Below, in pieces: positions 1 through 12,816 of a stretch of DNA of 64,000 bases. The notes below the pieces were generated by a model that made no database searches, was not told where the DNA came from, and saw only the letters and a list, made by a program, of their open reading frames with translations. The stretch lies in assembly GCF_009914755.1 (NCBI RefSeq), contig NC_060929.1. The stretch is one strand, 5' to 3'. The position numbers and the translations under genes are program-made. Within the stretch, counting starts at the first letter, position 1; each line of letters opens with the position of its first letter. The DNA is from the human T2T-CHM13v2.0 reference genome, Homo sapiens.

Positions 1-276
1 ATACAATTTGAATGATGACAGAAAAAGAAGCCTCAGCCGCTTTACTTTTTTAAGGCTGCCAAAGATGTAGACTTTTGCCAATGTCCTTGTGAGATATTGT
101 GGCAACAGAAGACATCAGACTCACCAACTGTGTATATTTTTTGCTATAGACACATTTAATTTTGAATGTCATTGTTTAATAAAACATGCATAATTCATCC
201 CAAAGTATTGTTTTATTTCTTCTCAGATGCCTCTTATTTTCCAAAGCTGCAAGTTAAACCTTCCATATTTTTTTAG

Positions 277-341
277 GGTTATAGAATTGAATCAATGGGC
301 CTCAAGTGAAAGGAAGATCATGAAGGCTGTGCCTAGAAAAG
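277..341 (+). other. candidate non-coding exon (splice signals only)
   Basis: T-rich tract ending TTTTAG at 276, then AAG|GTGAGT donor at 341/342; no partner exon or transcript evidence. Confidence 0.2.
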
Positions 342-1217
342 GTGAGTGTTCCGTTCTGTATCATGCCTGAACATGGTTTGTTTCTGTTAGGGTGTGCCAC
401 AGAGTACGTAGCAGTGAATGAGAAAGAGCACCACACACAACCATTCTATACCAGTTTTTGTGCTTTTCTGGAGAACAAGTAAATGTAGCACAATTCTTTC
501 CTTAGGAGGCAAATTGTCTGTTGCACAGTTAAAAAGTAGCTGATCTGGGAAAGTTGAATTGAGAGCAGTGGAACAAAAATAGAGTTTCTTTTTGAAGTGG
601 CTGTAAGCTATAATTTTTCACTTTGGATGCAGGTTTCTGAGACTGCTTAACTGGTGTCTGAGAGGAATATGTAAGAATAAAGTGGAATAGTGAGGTAATG
701 AAGAGTAGGCAAATATATTTTTTCAAGAAGTGAAGACTTTAAAGTATGAAAAGATACTTTTAAAGAAAAAGTGAAATTAGAGAAAAATTGAAATTTCATT
801 TAGTGACAACAATACTGACATTTTTCTTACTAATCTTCAACTACTGCCTCCTCCTCCTTTTTTAGTTCACAATCTCCCTTTTCATTGCAAAATTCCTTTC
901 TTTGAAAACTCTAAGGCCAGGACTGAATTCGGCTGTCTTGAATTACATGACTAAACTCTCAGCTACTGTCTGCTACGGTATTACATACAAGAGTGTTCTC
1001 TTGTTTACAGGATGGGATCTACCATATGAATTCTTAAAACAATTTTCTTTTCAAAATCCTTTGTGATTGATTATTTGATTGCTCAAATAATACATATCAA
1101 TGTCAAAAATATAGATAAGGAAAATGATCCATGATTTACCATCCAGTGGTAACCCATTTAATGATTTCATTATTTATCTCTCCAGGCTGGAGGGTGGCAT
1201 ATGGGGTGAGAAGCAAA

Positions 1218-1395
1218 GGGTGGTTCACAGACTATCATCTGCCTCCAAGTTACTACGGGTAATTTTTCAAAATGCACCTTCTTGGTTTCCTCTCAAATCC
1301 TGCAGAATCATAATTCCTGTAATATGAGTCTCAGGGATATGTGTTTTTAATAAGTATAGCAGGAATGATGTTCACTAAAGCTTGAGAATCACTGT
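1218..1395. mobile_element. MER5-like hAT-Charlie MITE
   Basis: degenerate TIRs GGGTGGTTCACAGACT ... AGCTTGAGAATCACTG, ~180 bp, MER5-type interior. Confidence 0.55.
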
Positions 1396-2560
1396 TGCAG
1401 ACTTTTCTTTGGTGGGGGGTAGGGGATATGAAAGAAACAAATCAATTTCAAACTGAAAATAACAGATTCTACACTGGATCTTAACTAAAAGGCTGAGGAG
1501 TGAAACAAATCAATTTTAAAAGAAAACTGATGTGGAACTCACTGTCTTGAGTTCTGGCCAGTTCTTTCTTGCAGTATTTTAGGGAACAAAGCACCATAGA
1601 CCACAGGAATATTAGATATACTGAGTCATGATCCTTTTTGGAAGGAACATTCTTTAAACTAGATCTGTGTTTGAAACGATGGAGAACTTCCACATGCCAA
1701 GTGCTTCTACTATCTGAAAGTGGGGAACACATTTCACCTAGCCTTCAGGGGTGAAATGACTCTTCCGAAGCACTCACCACTGGCCAGGGGCAGGGCCATT
1801 TCAGAACTGAGGTCTATGAGTGCCTGTTCCAGGCTCTCCCCTCTCCACCAGGCTGAGTGTCAGGCTCTTCCTGTATACGAACTTGTTTTACTGATAAGAG
1901 AAGTGGGCTACTGAACCTAAATGTCCAGGGGAAGAAAGAACAGAGTAATGTAGTATACCTTGTCAAAGGACAGAGTTCAATTATTCCCTCTTCTGTACAC
2001 ATTTCTACTGTTTTATTCTCAATTAGTTAGAGGCAAAGGTACTGTCTTTTGGTTACACTCACAACATGCATTTTATAGAAGTAGTTTCAAAAGAATTGTA
2101 TTGTCAAGTATATTTGCACATTATTTATTTTGCCAGGGGTATTCTGATCTGGGGTCAGGTAAAGTGGCTTTTGTTGTAACTGTTCTTGTTATATTAATTG
2201 TACTTCAAATACAGCACTCTTCCCATTCCTTTGAATAATTGGGTGGACTAGGAAAATCTCTCCTCTAATTTATTAAGTGTTTTTTTAGAGTGAGTATTCT
2301 ACAATAAATGCACACTCATTCTCATAAAATACTCCTTTTGTTCTTGGTAATCTGTTTGTTTTATACAAATATTGTGTGAATTTATGCTTAACTCATTGGA
2401 ATTTATTGTTATTGACCATTGTTTACCCATGTTTGCAAATTTGAAAAAAATCCCAAAGACGTGAGAACTTAGAATTTCCAACTGAAGAATTGCTATTTTA
2501 TAAAAGTTTAGTTTTATATGAAAGACTCCTGAGGAATAGTGTAAAATTTTTGGATTTTAG

Positions 2561-2928
<368 letters not shown>

Positions 2929-3547
2929 TAGCTAACTTTTAAGCATACAAGTGGAATTCATTAATATGAGAGATTTCCCCAGAGACAGCATGTGGCAGCA
3001 ATCTTTTATAATTTAATTTCTCTGAACATCACACTGGAAGTCCTGAGAAATATTTCAGGTTACATGAAATAAGCAATTGTATTTTTCTATAACTGTTTAA
3101 TAAATGAAAAGTAATCCTGAAGCATGCAAACTTGCATAATATTTCACAAATTTAACAAATACTGAGCAATTAAGAGAATAGTGCTTTACAGAAAGTCCAG
3201 TAATCAGAAAAGACTGGCACCCTAGTCAGTGTATCCAGGGCTTGAATCTTACCTTAGGGGAGGCTCCTCTTATAACCAAAGTGACCATGCAGGGTTACAC
3301 AGTGATTCTTCTGGGATTTTGCAGCTGTTTATGGAATGGATTCATTTTATTCTTCCCAATGGATTTATCTCGTCATGCTGCCTTTCAGAAAATGGAGACC
3401 AAATAAAACAAAAGCATGCAGCAATGAAAGACAGGCTCAGTTGTTCAAGGTTATTCAGAGGCAGGGAAAAAATAATCATTTAGAAGGCTAGGTATTTTTT
3501 TTAATTAGGATATAGCTCCCTAAAGAATAATAATATTAAAACATTTA

Positions 3548-4278
3548 TGTATTATATCAGGCTGCTATTACTGCAACAGTGCTATGGTAATTATCAACCA
3601 CAAAAATATTACTGGCACATGATAACAAACATTTATCCATTATGCACCTGCGGGTTGGTGTGGGCTCAGACAGTCTTGGCTGGCATAGCTGAGCTCAGCC
3701 TTTCTTTGTCATTTATTTGTCAAAAAGGACTCATTGTCCTTTCTTTGGAACTACTGGGCTATTCTTTCCTTGGCAGTAACAAAGAAACAAGGCAGCAAGC
3801 CCCAGTTCAGACCGCAATCTAGACCTCTGCTTGTGACATGCCTATTAAAAGTCTCATTGGCCAAAGCAAGTCACATGGTCAAACCCAACATCAATAGGGT
3901 GGGAGGCCGGGCTCAGTGGCTCACGCCTGTAATCCCAGCACTTTGGGAGGCCGAGGCGGGCAGATCACGAGGTCAGGAGATCGAGACCATCCTGGCTAAC
4001 ATGGTGAAAACCCATCTCTACTAAAAATACAAAAAAAAAAAAAAAAAAAATTAGCTGGGCCTGGTGGCAGGCACCTGTAGTCCCAGCTACTTGGGAGGCT
4101 GAGGTAGGAGAATGGCGTGAACCCGGGAGAGGCGGAGCTGGCAGTGAGCCGAGATCGCGCCACTGCACTCCAGCCTGGGCGACAGAGAGACTCCGTCTCA
4201 AAACAAACGAACAAAAGAAGTGAGGTGTGTGTGTGTATGTATGTGCCTGTGTACTGAACAATAACCTAATCATCTACA
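3548..4278 (-). mobile_element. old MaLR LTR (MLT1I/J-like), interrupted by AluY
   Basis: TG...CA ends; GGCCAAAGCAAGTCACATGG and CTGAACAATAA motifs typical of MLT1I-L. Confidence 0.6.
3905..4219 (+). mobile_element. AluY
   Basis: GGAGATCGAGACCATCCTGGCTAAC and GAATGGCGTGAACCCGGG diagnostics; expanded A20 middle tract. Confidence 0.95.
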
Positions 4279-4769
4279 TTTCTATTCTCAAAACTTGTTC
4301 AAGTCTCTTCCGATTTTGATTGAATTGTGCTCTGTGGAACAATTGAAAGGAGCAGACTTTTCCTAGCTGCATCTGATAATCGCAAACTTCCTTCAGTTAT
4401 TTGGGGCCATCTACTACTATAGATGTCTAAGGAGTTCTGAAACGTAAAGAGTGAGCTTCTAATGTGGCAGTAGTTGCAGAGTTAATAGTTCTGCAGAACA
4501 CCAGCCCTTGGGATTCATTCCCATGAAAGAATACTAGAAGAGGTCTCATAAATCTCAGCTACTAAGGTATACAGAGGTGGTGCATAATAGTTAAGCCTTT
4601 GATTTAGTTCTCAAATCTTCCCCAGGAATGCAGTACATGCATATGAATCCAGAAACTACTAGAGAAATCAACACTCTACTGAAATACTCTTGTTATAAAT
4701 ACAGATACGTGGGGGATGATTACCAAATGTGGTTGGGTTTTTAGTGGAACGTTTATGGAAATTACTTTA

Positions 4770-4902
4770 TTTGGGTTCAAATGCTTGTATTGCCACTGGC
4801 TAACAAGTTGTCTCATTTCCTGAGATTCAGTTTCCCCATCTATAAAATACAACCCTTAATGCCTGACTAATAGAATGTGATAAAAATAAGATAATGGATG
4901 TG
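4770..4902 (+). mobile_element. MIR fragment
   Basis: GGGTTCAAAT...CAGTTTCCCCATCTATAAAAT core. Confidence 0.55.
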
Positions 4903-5015
4903 ATTATGGAGACAGTACTTCATTGTAATTTATAGCATGAGCTCTGGAATCAGTCTGTTTGGGTCGAATCCTGTCTCTACTACCTATTAGACAGGTGACC
5001 TTATACTTGTCTCTC

Positions 5016-5475
5016 TGAATTAGTTTCCTAGGGCTGCCGTAACAAATTACCAAAACTGGATAGCTTAAAGCAACAGAAAAGTACTCTCTGATAGTTCTGG
5101 AAGCCAGAAGTCAAAAATCAATGTGTCGGCAATGCTGGTTGCCTCTCAGGGGGCTCTGAGAAAGAATCTGTTCCATGTTTTCCTCCTAGCTCTGGTGGTG
5201 ACCAGCAATCCTTGGGTTCCTTAGCATGAGACAGTGTAACAGCAATCTCTGTCTCCATCTTTACAGGGTATTCTTCCCTATGTCTCCTCTGTCTCTGTCC
5301 TCCTTTCTCATCAGGATGCCAGTTATACTGGGTTTAAGGTCCGCTTAATTCAATATGACCTCATCTTAACCAATTATATCTTTAGAGGCCCTATTTCCAA
5401 AAAAGGTCACATCCATAGATACTGGGGGTTGGGGCTTCAACATTTCTTTTTAGGTACACAATTCAATCCACAACA
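5016..5475 (-). mobile_element. MLT1C MaLR LTR
   Basis: TTAGTTTCCTAGGGCTGCCGTAACAAATTACC ... AAGGTCACAT ... ATTCAATCCACAACA; ~460 bp. Confidence 0.85.
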
Positions 5476-5645
5476 GTTTATTCTCTCTTCCACCCTAATA
5501 TTTCAACATTAGAACATAGTTCACCCATGTTTTCTGCCACTTTATAACAACGATCACCTTTCCTCCAGTGTCGAAAACATGTCCATTATTTCCTTTTAAA
5601 GGCTCACCAGAAGCACCTTTAACATCCATAGTTCCATGAAACAAA
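5476..5645 (-). mobile_element. MLT1-int fragment
   Basis: ATAACAACGATCACCTTTCCTCCAGT...CTCACCAGAAGCACCTTTAACATCCATA resembles MaLR internal sequence. Confidence 0.5.
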
Positions 5646-5800
5646 TGCATTTTCTAAAGTTAATGTTCTTGTCTGTAGCATGAGGATAACAATCACATTT
5701 TAGAACAATTGTGAAAATTAAATGCAATTGTCTATAAAGAATGTTTAGTCTAGGAAATGGCATATTGCAAATGCTTAATGAGACTTGGCTTTTATTTAAG

Positions 5801-5952
5801 TATTAGGTTGAACCATAAGAAGTTGATGTTTTGTAGGTTGCAAATAGTTAAAAATAAGCAAAGCCTTTTGATATACTTTGAACTGTGTGAAATTCCCATT
5901 TTCATAGATCAAAAAGTCAAATATCAGTAATTCTATGTGGCTTAGCCTAATA
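5801..5952. mobile_element. tandem pair of MADE2 (mariner MITE) copies
   Basis: TA-TTAGGTTGAACCATA start and TGTGGCTTAGCCTAA-TA end; the ~80-bp MADE2 body appears twice. Confidence 0.65.
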
Positions 5953-7270
5953 CTTTACAGTGAGTGAGACATTGACACACCAAGGTAAAGTATCCTTAGT
6001 GAGCCATGACATTTTCTTCTTAAAAAGCATCTCAGGACAATTATTTCAAGCTAAAACAAATACTGGATTGTTATATGAATTCTTTATTAAACTATTTTTA
6101 ATTACAAGTGAATTCAACTTTTTTGCTTATTGATAATCCAGTATTTAGTGAAGAAACATGAAGCATACATCCAGGTATTATTTCATTTTTATTAATACTA
6201 TCTGTCACTGAATCAGGGGCTTTCTAAATTAAACATATGTTTAAATTAGGATGAGATCACTGTCTTTACTTTTCTTCAGTTGGGTATATAGTAGCTTCAC
6301 ACCCTAGTCTTCATTTCTTCACTATTTTTTAAAAACTTCAATTCAGATAGTAAAAAATAGGTAACCAAAACATCTTTCACAATACTATTCTAGTGGTCAC
6401 CTGGGTATCTATTATACAGGGTTCTTACAAGGAGAGAGAAGAAATACCATTAATATAAAAATACAATGCCACTGGAATTTTCTATGGAGATAGTGATACA
6501 ATTGGAACAAATTAGTTGAGGATAACATTTATAAATTAAAGGGTTTTTCCCAGTGTCCCCAAGGCAGCAGTACAGGCAGGAAATAGGAAATTGAGGTGAA
6601 TATTAGAGTGTAAGAAAGTGGGAAATGAAGCTTATGTGAATAAGATGTGTATACATTAAAAGGCTTACTGAATAATCTGTCAGGAATGGTGACTAAATTG
6701 AGGCCAAGAATTGTAAGAGATTATTGATTTAATATAGAAAAATTGTAAATTCTAGGGCAAGATGGATGAAAGAAATGGAAGGCATCTCAGGTCCTATGAG
6801 GAGGACAATGAAGAAGCCAAGAAAATATTCGTCCTTTCAACAAAATTTCTAGTTATATTTTTGATGTGCTAGTTAACTAGTGCAGCTTCTGCATATAACT
6901 GATTCTCTAAAAATATTTGTTGAATGAATATGAATAATAAAATAGGATAATATTAATTTGATTTAGAACAAACTTCTCAAACAGAAATTTTAAATAATAA
7001 AGAAACTTGCCATCCTAGTTTCAACATAGGTAGCCAGAGCTAGAGGTAGGATTGTATAATAGAAAAGAGCTGTATTAAGACTGGGACAGATTTGAATTCC
7101 AATCCTGAATCCCTTTTCTAAAGCATGTATGATGTAGTACAGTCACTAGTTCCACTGCTGATAGCATCCCCAGTGAATTGGGTGGGCTGCATCTTTCAAA
7201 AACTTAAAAAAATATAATTCAAGACAACACATCTCTTTTAATTTTTAAAGTTTTTTTTTTCTTATGCTTT

Positions 7271-7763
7271 TGTGATGGTTGATTATGTGTTAAATTGACA
7301 GGGCTAAGGGATGCCCAGATAGCTGATAAAGCATCATTTTTCTGTGTGTCTATGGAAGTGTTTCTGGAAGAGATTAGCATTTGAATCAGTAGACAAAGAT
7401 CCACCCTCACCAATGTGGGCAGACATCATTCAAACCATTGAGGGCTCAGATAGAACAAAAAATTGGAGAAATAGTGAATTCTCTTGCTTCTTGAGCTGGG
7501 CTACCCATCTTAACCTGCCCTCAGATATCAGAGCTCCTGGGTCTTGGGCTTTGGGACTCTGGGACTTACACTAGTCATCTCCCTGGTTGTCAAGCCTTAG
7601 CACGTGGAGAGAATTACACCACTGGCCTTCCTGTTCTCCAGCTTGCAGACAGCATATCATAGTACTTAGCCTCCATAATCTTGTGGGTCAATTCCCATAA
7701 GTATAGGATATATATATATATATATATATATAAAATTCTATTTCTCCAGAGAATCCTAATACA
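7271..7763 (+). mobile_element. MLT2C1/B-type ERVL solo LTR
   Basis: TGTGATGGTT...GGGCTAAGGGATGCCCAGATAGCTG...TAATACA; 5-bp TSD GCTTT (7266-7270, 7764-7768); internal (TA)n. Confidence 0.9.
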
Positions 7764-8370
7764 GCTTTTCATACCGTCCTTTTTAATGGTTTCCATTTCT
7801 CTCAAAATTCACTTCTTATGATCATTTTTATTGAATCTCCACCAATTACCTTTTTCCAACTCCTGAACTGCTTCTTAGCTTCATCTTCTGCTGGTAACAT
7901 ACCCTAAAGTGTTGCTTAGACCTGAAATTTGGAGTGACACCAGTGGTCTCTATGTTCCAACAGGTGAGAAGAAACAGTGTGTGTGCAGTTGGGCTGTTAA
8001 TGGTGCCTAGTGTTACTGATCAATCCTGGGATTCTAGCATCTCAGAGGAAGGCCCTCCAGGGAATGTGATGATTAAGAAATTCAGGCAGGAAAAACAAGG
8101 GGGGATCCTTGTTGTATCTGAGAATCCAATGTCTTATACATGCAGGGAAATTTCACAGAAAAGTAAGCGTGGTAGGTCATAGAGAAGGAGCACAATACTA
8201 AACTGATCAATCAGCAACAGATTCGTAGGAGGAAGATTAGTTCTACTGGGGAACTTGTGGTCACAGGGAACTTCTGGAAGCACAAGGGGAGAGTCTGATC
8301 TGAGGTCTAATTAAGGCAGATACGAGTTAAGGTAGGAAAACATCTATTTAGATGCAGGATTCTAATATAA

Positions 8371-8566
8371 TTTCCTTCCTTCCTTGCTTCCTTCCTTGCT
8401 TCCTCCCCTCCCTCCCTCCCTCCCTCCCTCCTTCCTTCCTTCCTTCCTTTTTACAAGGTGAAGACAGTGAAGAATCCTTACTGTTCCTTCCTTCCTTGCT
8501 TCTTTCCTTCCTTCCATCCTTCCTACAAGGTGAAGACAGTGAAGATTACTTACTGTTACTTACTGT
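8371..8566 (+). repeat. (TTCC)n/(TCCC)n compound microsatellite with 72-bp period duplication
   Basis: TACAAGGTGAAGACAGTGAAGA at 8452-8473 and 8524-8545, separated by TTCC repeats. Confidence 0.9.
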
Positions 8567-8588
8567 ATCTGCCTATGGTGTCTTTCCA

Positions 8589-8892
8589 TTTTTTATTTTT
8601 ATTTTTTTGAGATGGAGCCTTGCTCTGTTGCCCTGGCTGGAGTACAGCAGAGTGATCACCGGCTCACTGCAAGCTCCGCCTTTCAGGTTCACGGCATTCT
8701 CCTGCCTCTCAGCCTCCCGAGTAGCTGGGACTACAGGCGCCCGCCACCATGCCCGGCTAATTTTTTGTATTTTTAGTAGAGATGGGGTTTCACCCTGTTA
8801 ACCAGGATGGTCTCGATCTCCTGACCTCGTGATCCGCCCACTTCGGCCTCCCAAAGTGCTGGGATTACAGGCGTGAGCCACTGCGCCCGGCC
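8589..8892 (-). mobile_element. AluY
   Basis: GCAAGCTCCGCC, GGTTCACG, CAGGATGGTCTCGATCTCCTGACCTCGTGAT; TSD-like TTCCAT(T/C)TT. Confidence 0.95.
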
Positions 8893-11800
8893 TTCCATCT
8901 TAAAAAGAAAAGTTTTAATGGTTTGATGTGTACCCAGCTCATGAGTTTATCTGGTTTAGTTCTTGGATTTGCCTTGGAAATCTATCTGCCAAATATTCTA
9001 ACCTGGTCTTTGAGGTGATTAAGAGGAATTAAATAGCTATCAAATTGAACTTTAAAATGCTTTCTAATAATAATGCCAGTTTAGCAATTGACTTGATGAA
9101 TATTAGTCAAAAGAATCAGTGTCAGTCATTTGGTGCCTAAAAAAAATCAGACAATCAACTGGGAATATTTGTGTATAAAATGTTGACATTAGTCAATTGT
9201 AGCGTGTTATAGTAACTTCTCTAGAGGCTTCAACCACATTAAAAGATCTATTTGTGCTTATGACACAACCTGCTCCTGAAGAAACCACTGGGGATGGCTG
9301 AGCTTATGCTTCTATGAAAGCTTCTAATTCAGCTGGTTAGGTTTCATTACATGATTCATGTAATCTCTGCTTCATTTTTCTTTAGGAGAGATAACTTAGT
9401 AATAAGCCTCCAAGTTAAGGGGCATTTAATAGGATATTATCAATTATAGGTTTTCCCAGAAAGTTCTATGGTCAAAGGGCCAACTACAGGGAAAATGGTC
9501 AAATTGTATTTACTGCAAATGTTACTGTAGTTGGGAATCTTTTTCCTACCTAAGAACTAAAATTTTCATGAGGCAGAGGAGAGGGTAGTGCCTCTCTTGG
9601 AGTACAGACATGATTTGTCCTTTTTTCAACATACCCCATATAATGAACTTGTGTCCTTTAATTGCATCTTCCCAGCCCCAAATGCCAATTCAAATTCAGA
9701 GTTTTTTCTCTCAAGGTTTAGGCTCTACCTTCTGTAAGATCAGTTAATTATTAACTAATTTGTGTAATCTTAGGCATGAGGCATGCCTGGATCCCCTTAG
9801 TAGTCCAGAGTGGTAGCATCCATGAGAATGGGGTGGATTTGGGGGGAAATGATTGCCTTGATGTCCTGCAGACATCAAAGAGGTTTAGCAGATGTGTGTC
9901 CAGAGGGGAAGAGTGAACATAGAAGTTATTGGTGAAGATGATGAACTCTGTCATCTCCTGGATAAAGTAATAAATTAGATTTTTTTCTTAAAGGAAAACT
10001 GCTAGATTATCAGTTATTTAGTTTGTCTATTGGGTACAAAAATTAATATAACTAACTTGTAATGTATTAAGCTAGAGCTATTTATACATTGTCATAGTGG
10101 TGGATTAAGTTCACCAAGATTAGGCCATGAAGTCTCATTAAATCCATTTATTTATTTGTAGTCAAGATAAAGAATCAAAGTGGTGTTTTATAATAATGTC
10201 TTTAATTGTGATGGGTAAAAAGACATACAAAGCATTGCCACATACTGGTCTACATACTGATTATGTAATGGCGTTACTATAATAAACTATACCAGAAATG
10301 CTGTTCAGTGGAAATGATTGATGAGTTAGCTTCTAATTATAGAACTGATAGGGAGGAACTTAAAATTCTACCAATACTTCAATATTACTTTATATGACTT
10401 CTCAAGTATAATATTTATGAATTATGGTGATATACATGTGTCATTTTAGAGTCTCCATTTATTTGCACACTATGATGTATTTGTCTTTTAACAGTACTTA
10501 AGTACAAGGACTTACTTTTCTTCTAAATATTTTTAAATGTCTTTTATGACAAACAAGAAAACAAACATGCTCATTCATGTGTAATTTTACAAAAGGGTGA
10601 ATGCAGTTGGAATTGTAATGAAAACCATATTTATAGAATAAGTAAATAAAGCGAGTTTGCTTTTTTTTTTTTTGATGAAGCAATATGAGGGACAACTCAG
10701 GGAATATGTTCTTACAAAGTGTCATGTCAGAGGACACCATAATCTCATTACTCTGCGTGGGGTTGGGTTGGGGGGACTCAGTAGAGATATGTGAGCACCT
10801 CCAAATTCTATCTCCTTCTAAGCCAGTATAAGGCTATTTGGCTGCGATTGGAATAGGAACCACATTTTAGGGAGGAGTGGAAGAGTTCATTTTGTCTTTT
10901 AACTATTGTTTGTTTTCTAGCCTGCAAAAATGGTGTCCCTCTAGATTTCTTTGGAGATGTGCTTGCATACCCTGGAAGGTGGATATTGTAAACCTTGCTC
11001 AGTTCTGCTGGGGCTTCTTTTCCAAACTGTTCTAGAAGGGCTCAGTTATTCACATCTCTAGACCTCCAGTGGAGCCCAGGTTTTAATTTCAAGACATGAC
11101 TAGAGATCACAAAATTAATTTTCTTTATTACTAAGTCCTAAAATGTTAAGTGAACATTGTCTCTGCTCTGAAGGATAACTGTAAACTGATAGTTCTCATC
11201 TTACACTTGTGGTTTTGTTTTAACGTAATATTTCTCTCCAAAAAAATCCAAGGCAACATCTTCTTGTACTATACACTTAAAAATTTATTTTCTACATCCA
11301 AAGGCTGAGGAAACCCCATTAATGAGTCAGGTTTAGATAGCTTGCTGGAAGAGAAGGATAGTCATTAAAGCCTTCCATGGGTGCTAATGTGCAAATAGGC
11401 CAGTAAATTATTCCTGTTCTCATCTCTGTAATTTAAATGAGCAGTAGTTTGAGTATTAGTGCTCAAATGTATTTATTTTAGTATTAAAAAACAGGAAATT
11501 TCCTAAGGGTTCACTGCATATATAAATCCTGTTGATTTGTGAATCTGAGGTTTTCACTGATTTTCTAAGCAGTGGTAACCCAGCTGACTTTAATTCTACT
11601 GTTTATTGCACTGCATTGTAAGCTAGAATGGAGTTAGCTGATTTTAATTTCATGCTTCTGATTGGAAGTTGCATCGTAGAAGTGAACTCAGCATAACAGG
11701 TAAATAAATTTGACCAAGAAATTAAGTGCACCTTTCCAATACGAATAAAGCAACGTGAGTGTCTTCTGTGCAGTGCATGGGCATCTGCGACAGCTAAAAA

Positions 11801-12816
11801 TGAGCCCTCTGTTTCTTAGTGCCCTAGCATCTAATTTTAACAAAACCTGAAAGAGAAGTTCAGAAAGCTGGTAGTGCTGCACTGCAAATCAGTAAGGACC
11901 AATCCATCTGGGCTTGCACTGCAGCGAGACCACTGAGAAGTTTCAAAAGAAATAGGAGGATCTTCTACAGAATGTTCTTTCCATAAAGGACTGGTAAAAA
12001 ATCACTATGCAACAACATCTGATGAATAATTCTAGAAGTAGCAATTTTTTGGAAGTTTGAAAGATGACCTTGTGTTTTTAAACTCATCTGTAACTGTCCT
12101 GCTCTTTCTACTTTTTTTCAGTCTTTGTATTTTTTTCTTTCTCCTCTTAACCCTTGATTTAGTCCTTTTTTTCCTTTCAGAGTTACTTTCTCTTTTGATG
12201 TAAAGGAGAGAGATCCTATCAAATGGGTCATAATCAGAGACTATAATTTAATGAGGAATAGTTTGAGTATTAAAGTATATTAAAGAAAATGGTGAAACCT
12301 GGTTTATGCAACAAAGCATATTTTCATTTATTTTGTGTTCTGGATTACCTTGAATGTTTTCATGCATTTCTTTTGAAAACCTGGCTATCTGACTTTTAAG
12401 TTTTCTCAATGTTTTCCCTGCCAAAGATCAGTAATTTACTTCAAATCAATGAATTGAAAATGTTTGTTTCTGGACTGAACTACCTTGTATATGTTAATGA
12501 TCTCTGCATTTTAATTGTAAGAGGTTTTTTTGTTTGTTTTGTCCTCAAGTAAGGAGGAAGGAGTTGGCTCTTTAAATCTATAACACAATTAATTAAGCCT
12601 ATAAACAAACAATTGTTTATAGGCTAAACAGAGAACTGGAGGCAAGGTATAAAGCCAAAGCCACAATGGAGTGTGAGTTGGGGAACCGGAAGAGATTTAG
12701 GCTTAGTGGATGGAAACATAGGAGGTGGCCTGGAAGAACTAAAGATAAGGTGCAAACATTTCTAGCATGTTTGAGAGAGTTGGATTCCTTTAAAGGTTCT
12801 AGAACAGGCTGGAAAC

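Larger units (their letters stand above)
4908..5780 (+). mobile_element. MIR split by MaLR insertion (4908-5015 and ~5650-5780)
   Basis: TGGGTCGAATCCTGTCTCTACTAC...GTGACCTT before the LTR; TGTGAAAATTAAATG...GGCATATTGCAAATGCTTAAT after it. Confidence 0.5.

Noticed and set aside
6058-6146. Short inverted repeat AAATACTGGATT...AATCCAGTATTT (also small hairpins near 9480, 14140, 15463, 28155, 49136)
   Set aside because: Stems of 8-16 bp are close to chance expectation in 64 kb of AT-rich DNA
8352-8801. 149-aa ORF
   Set aside because: Translation of (TTCC)n microsatellite plus antisense AluY
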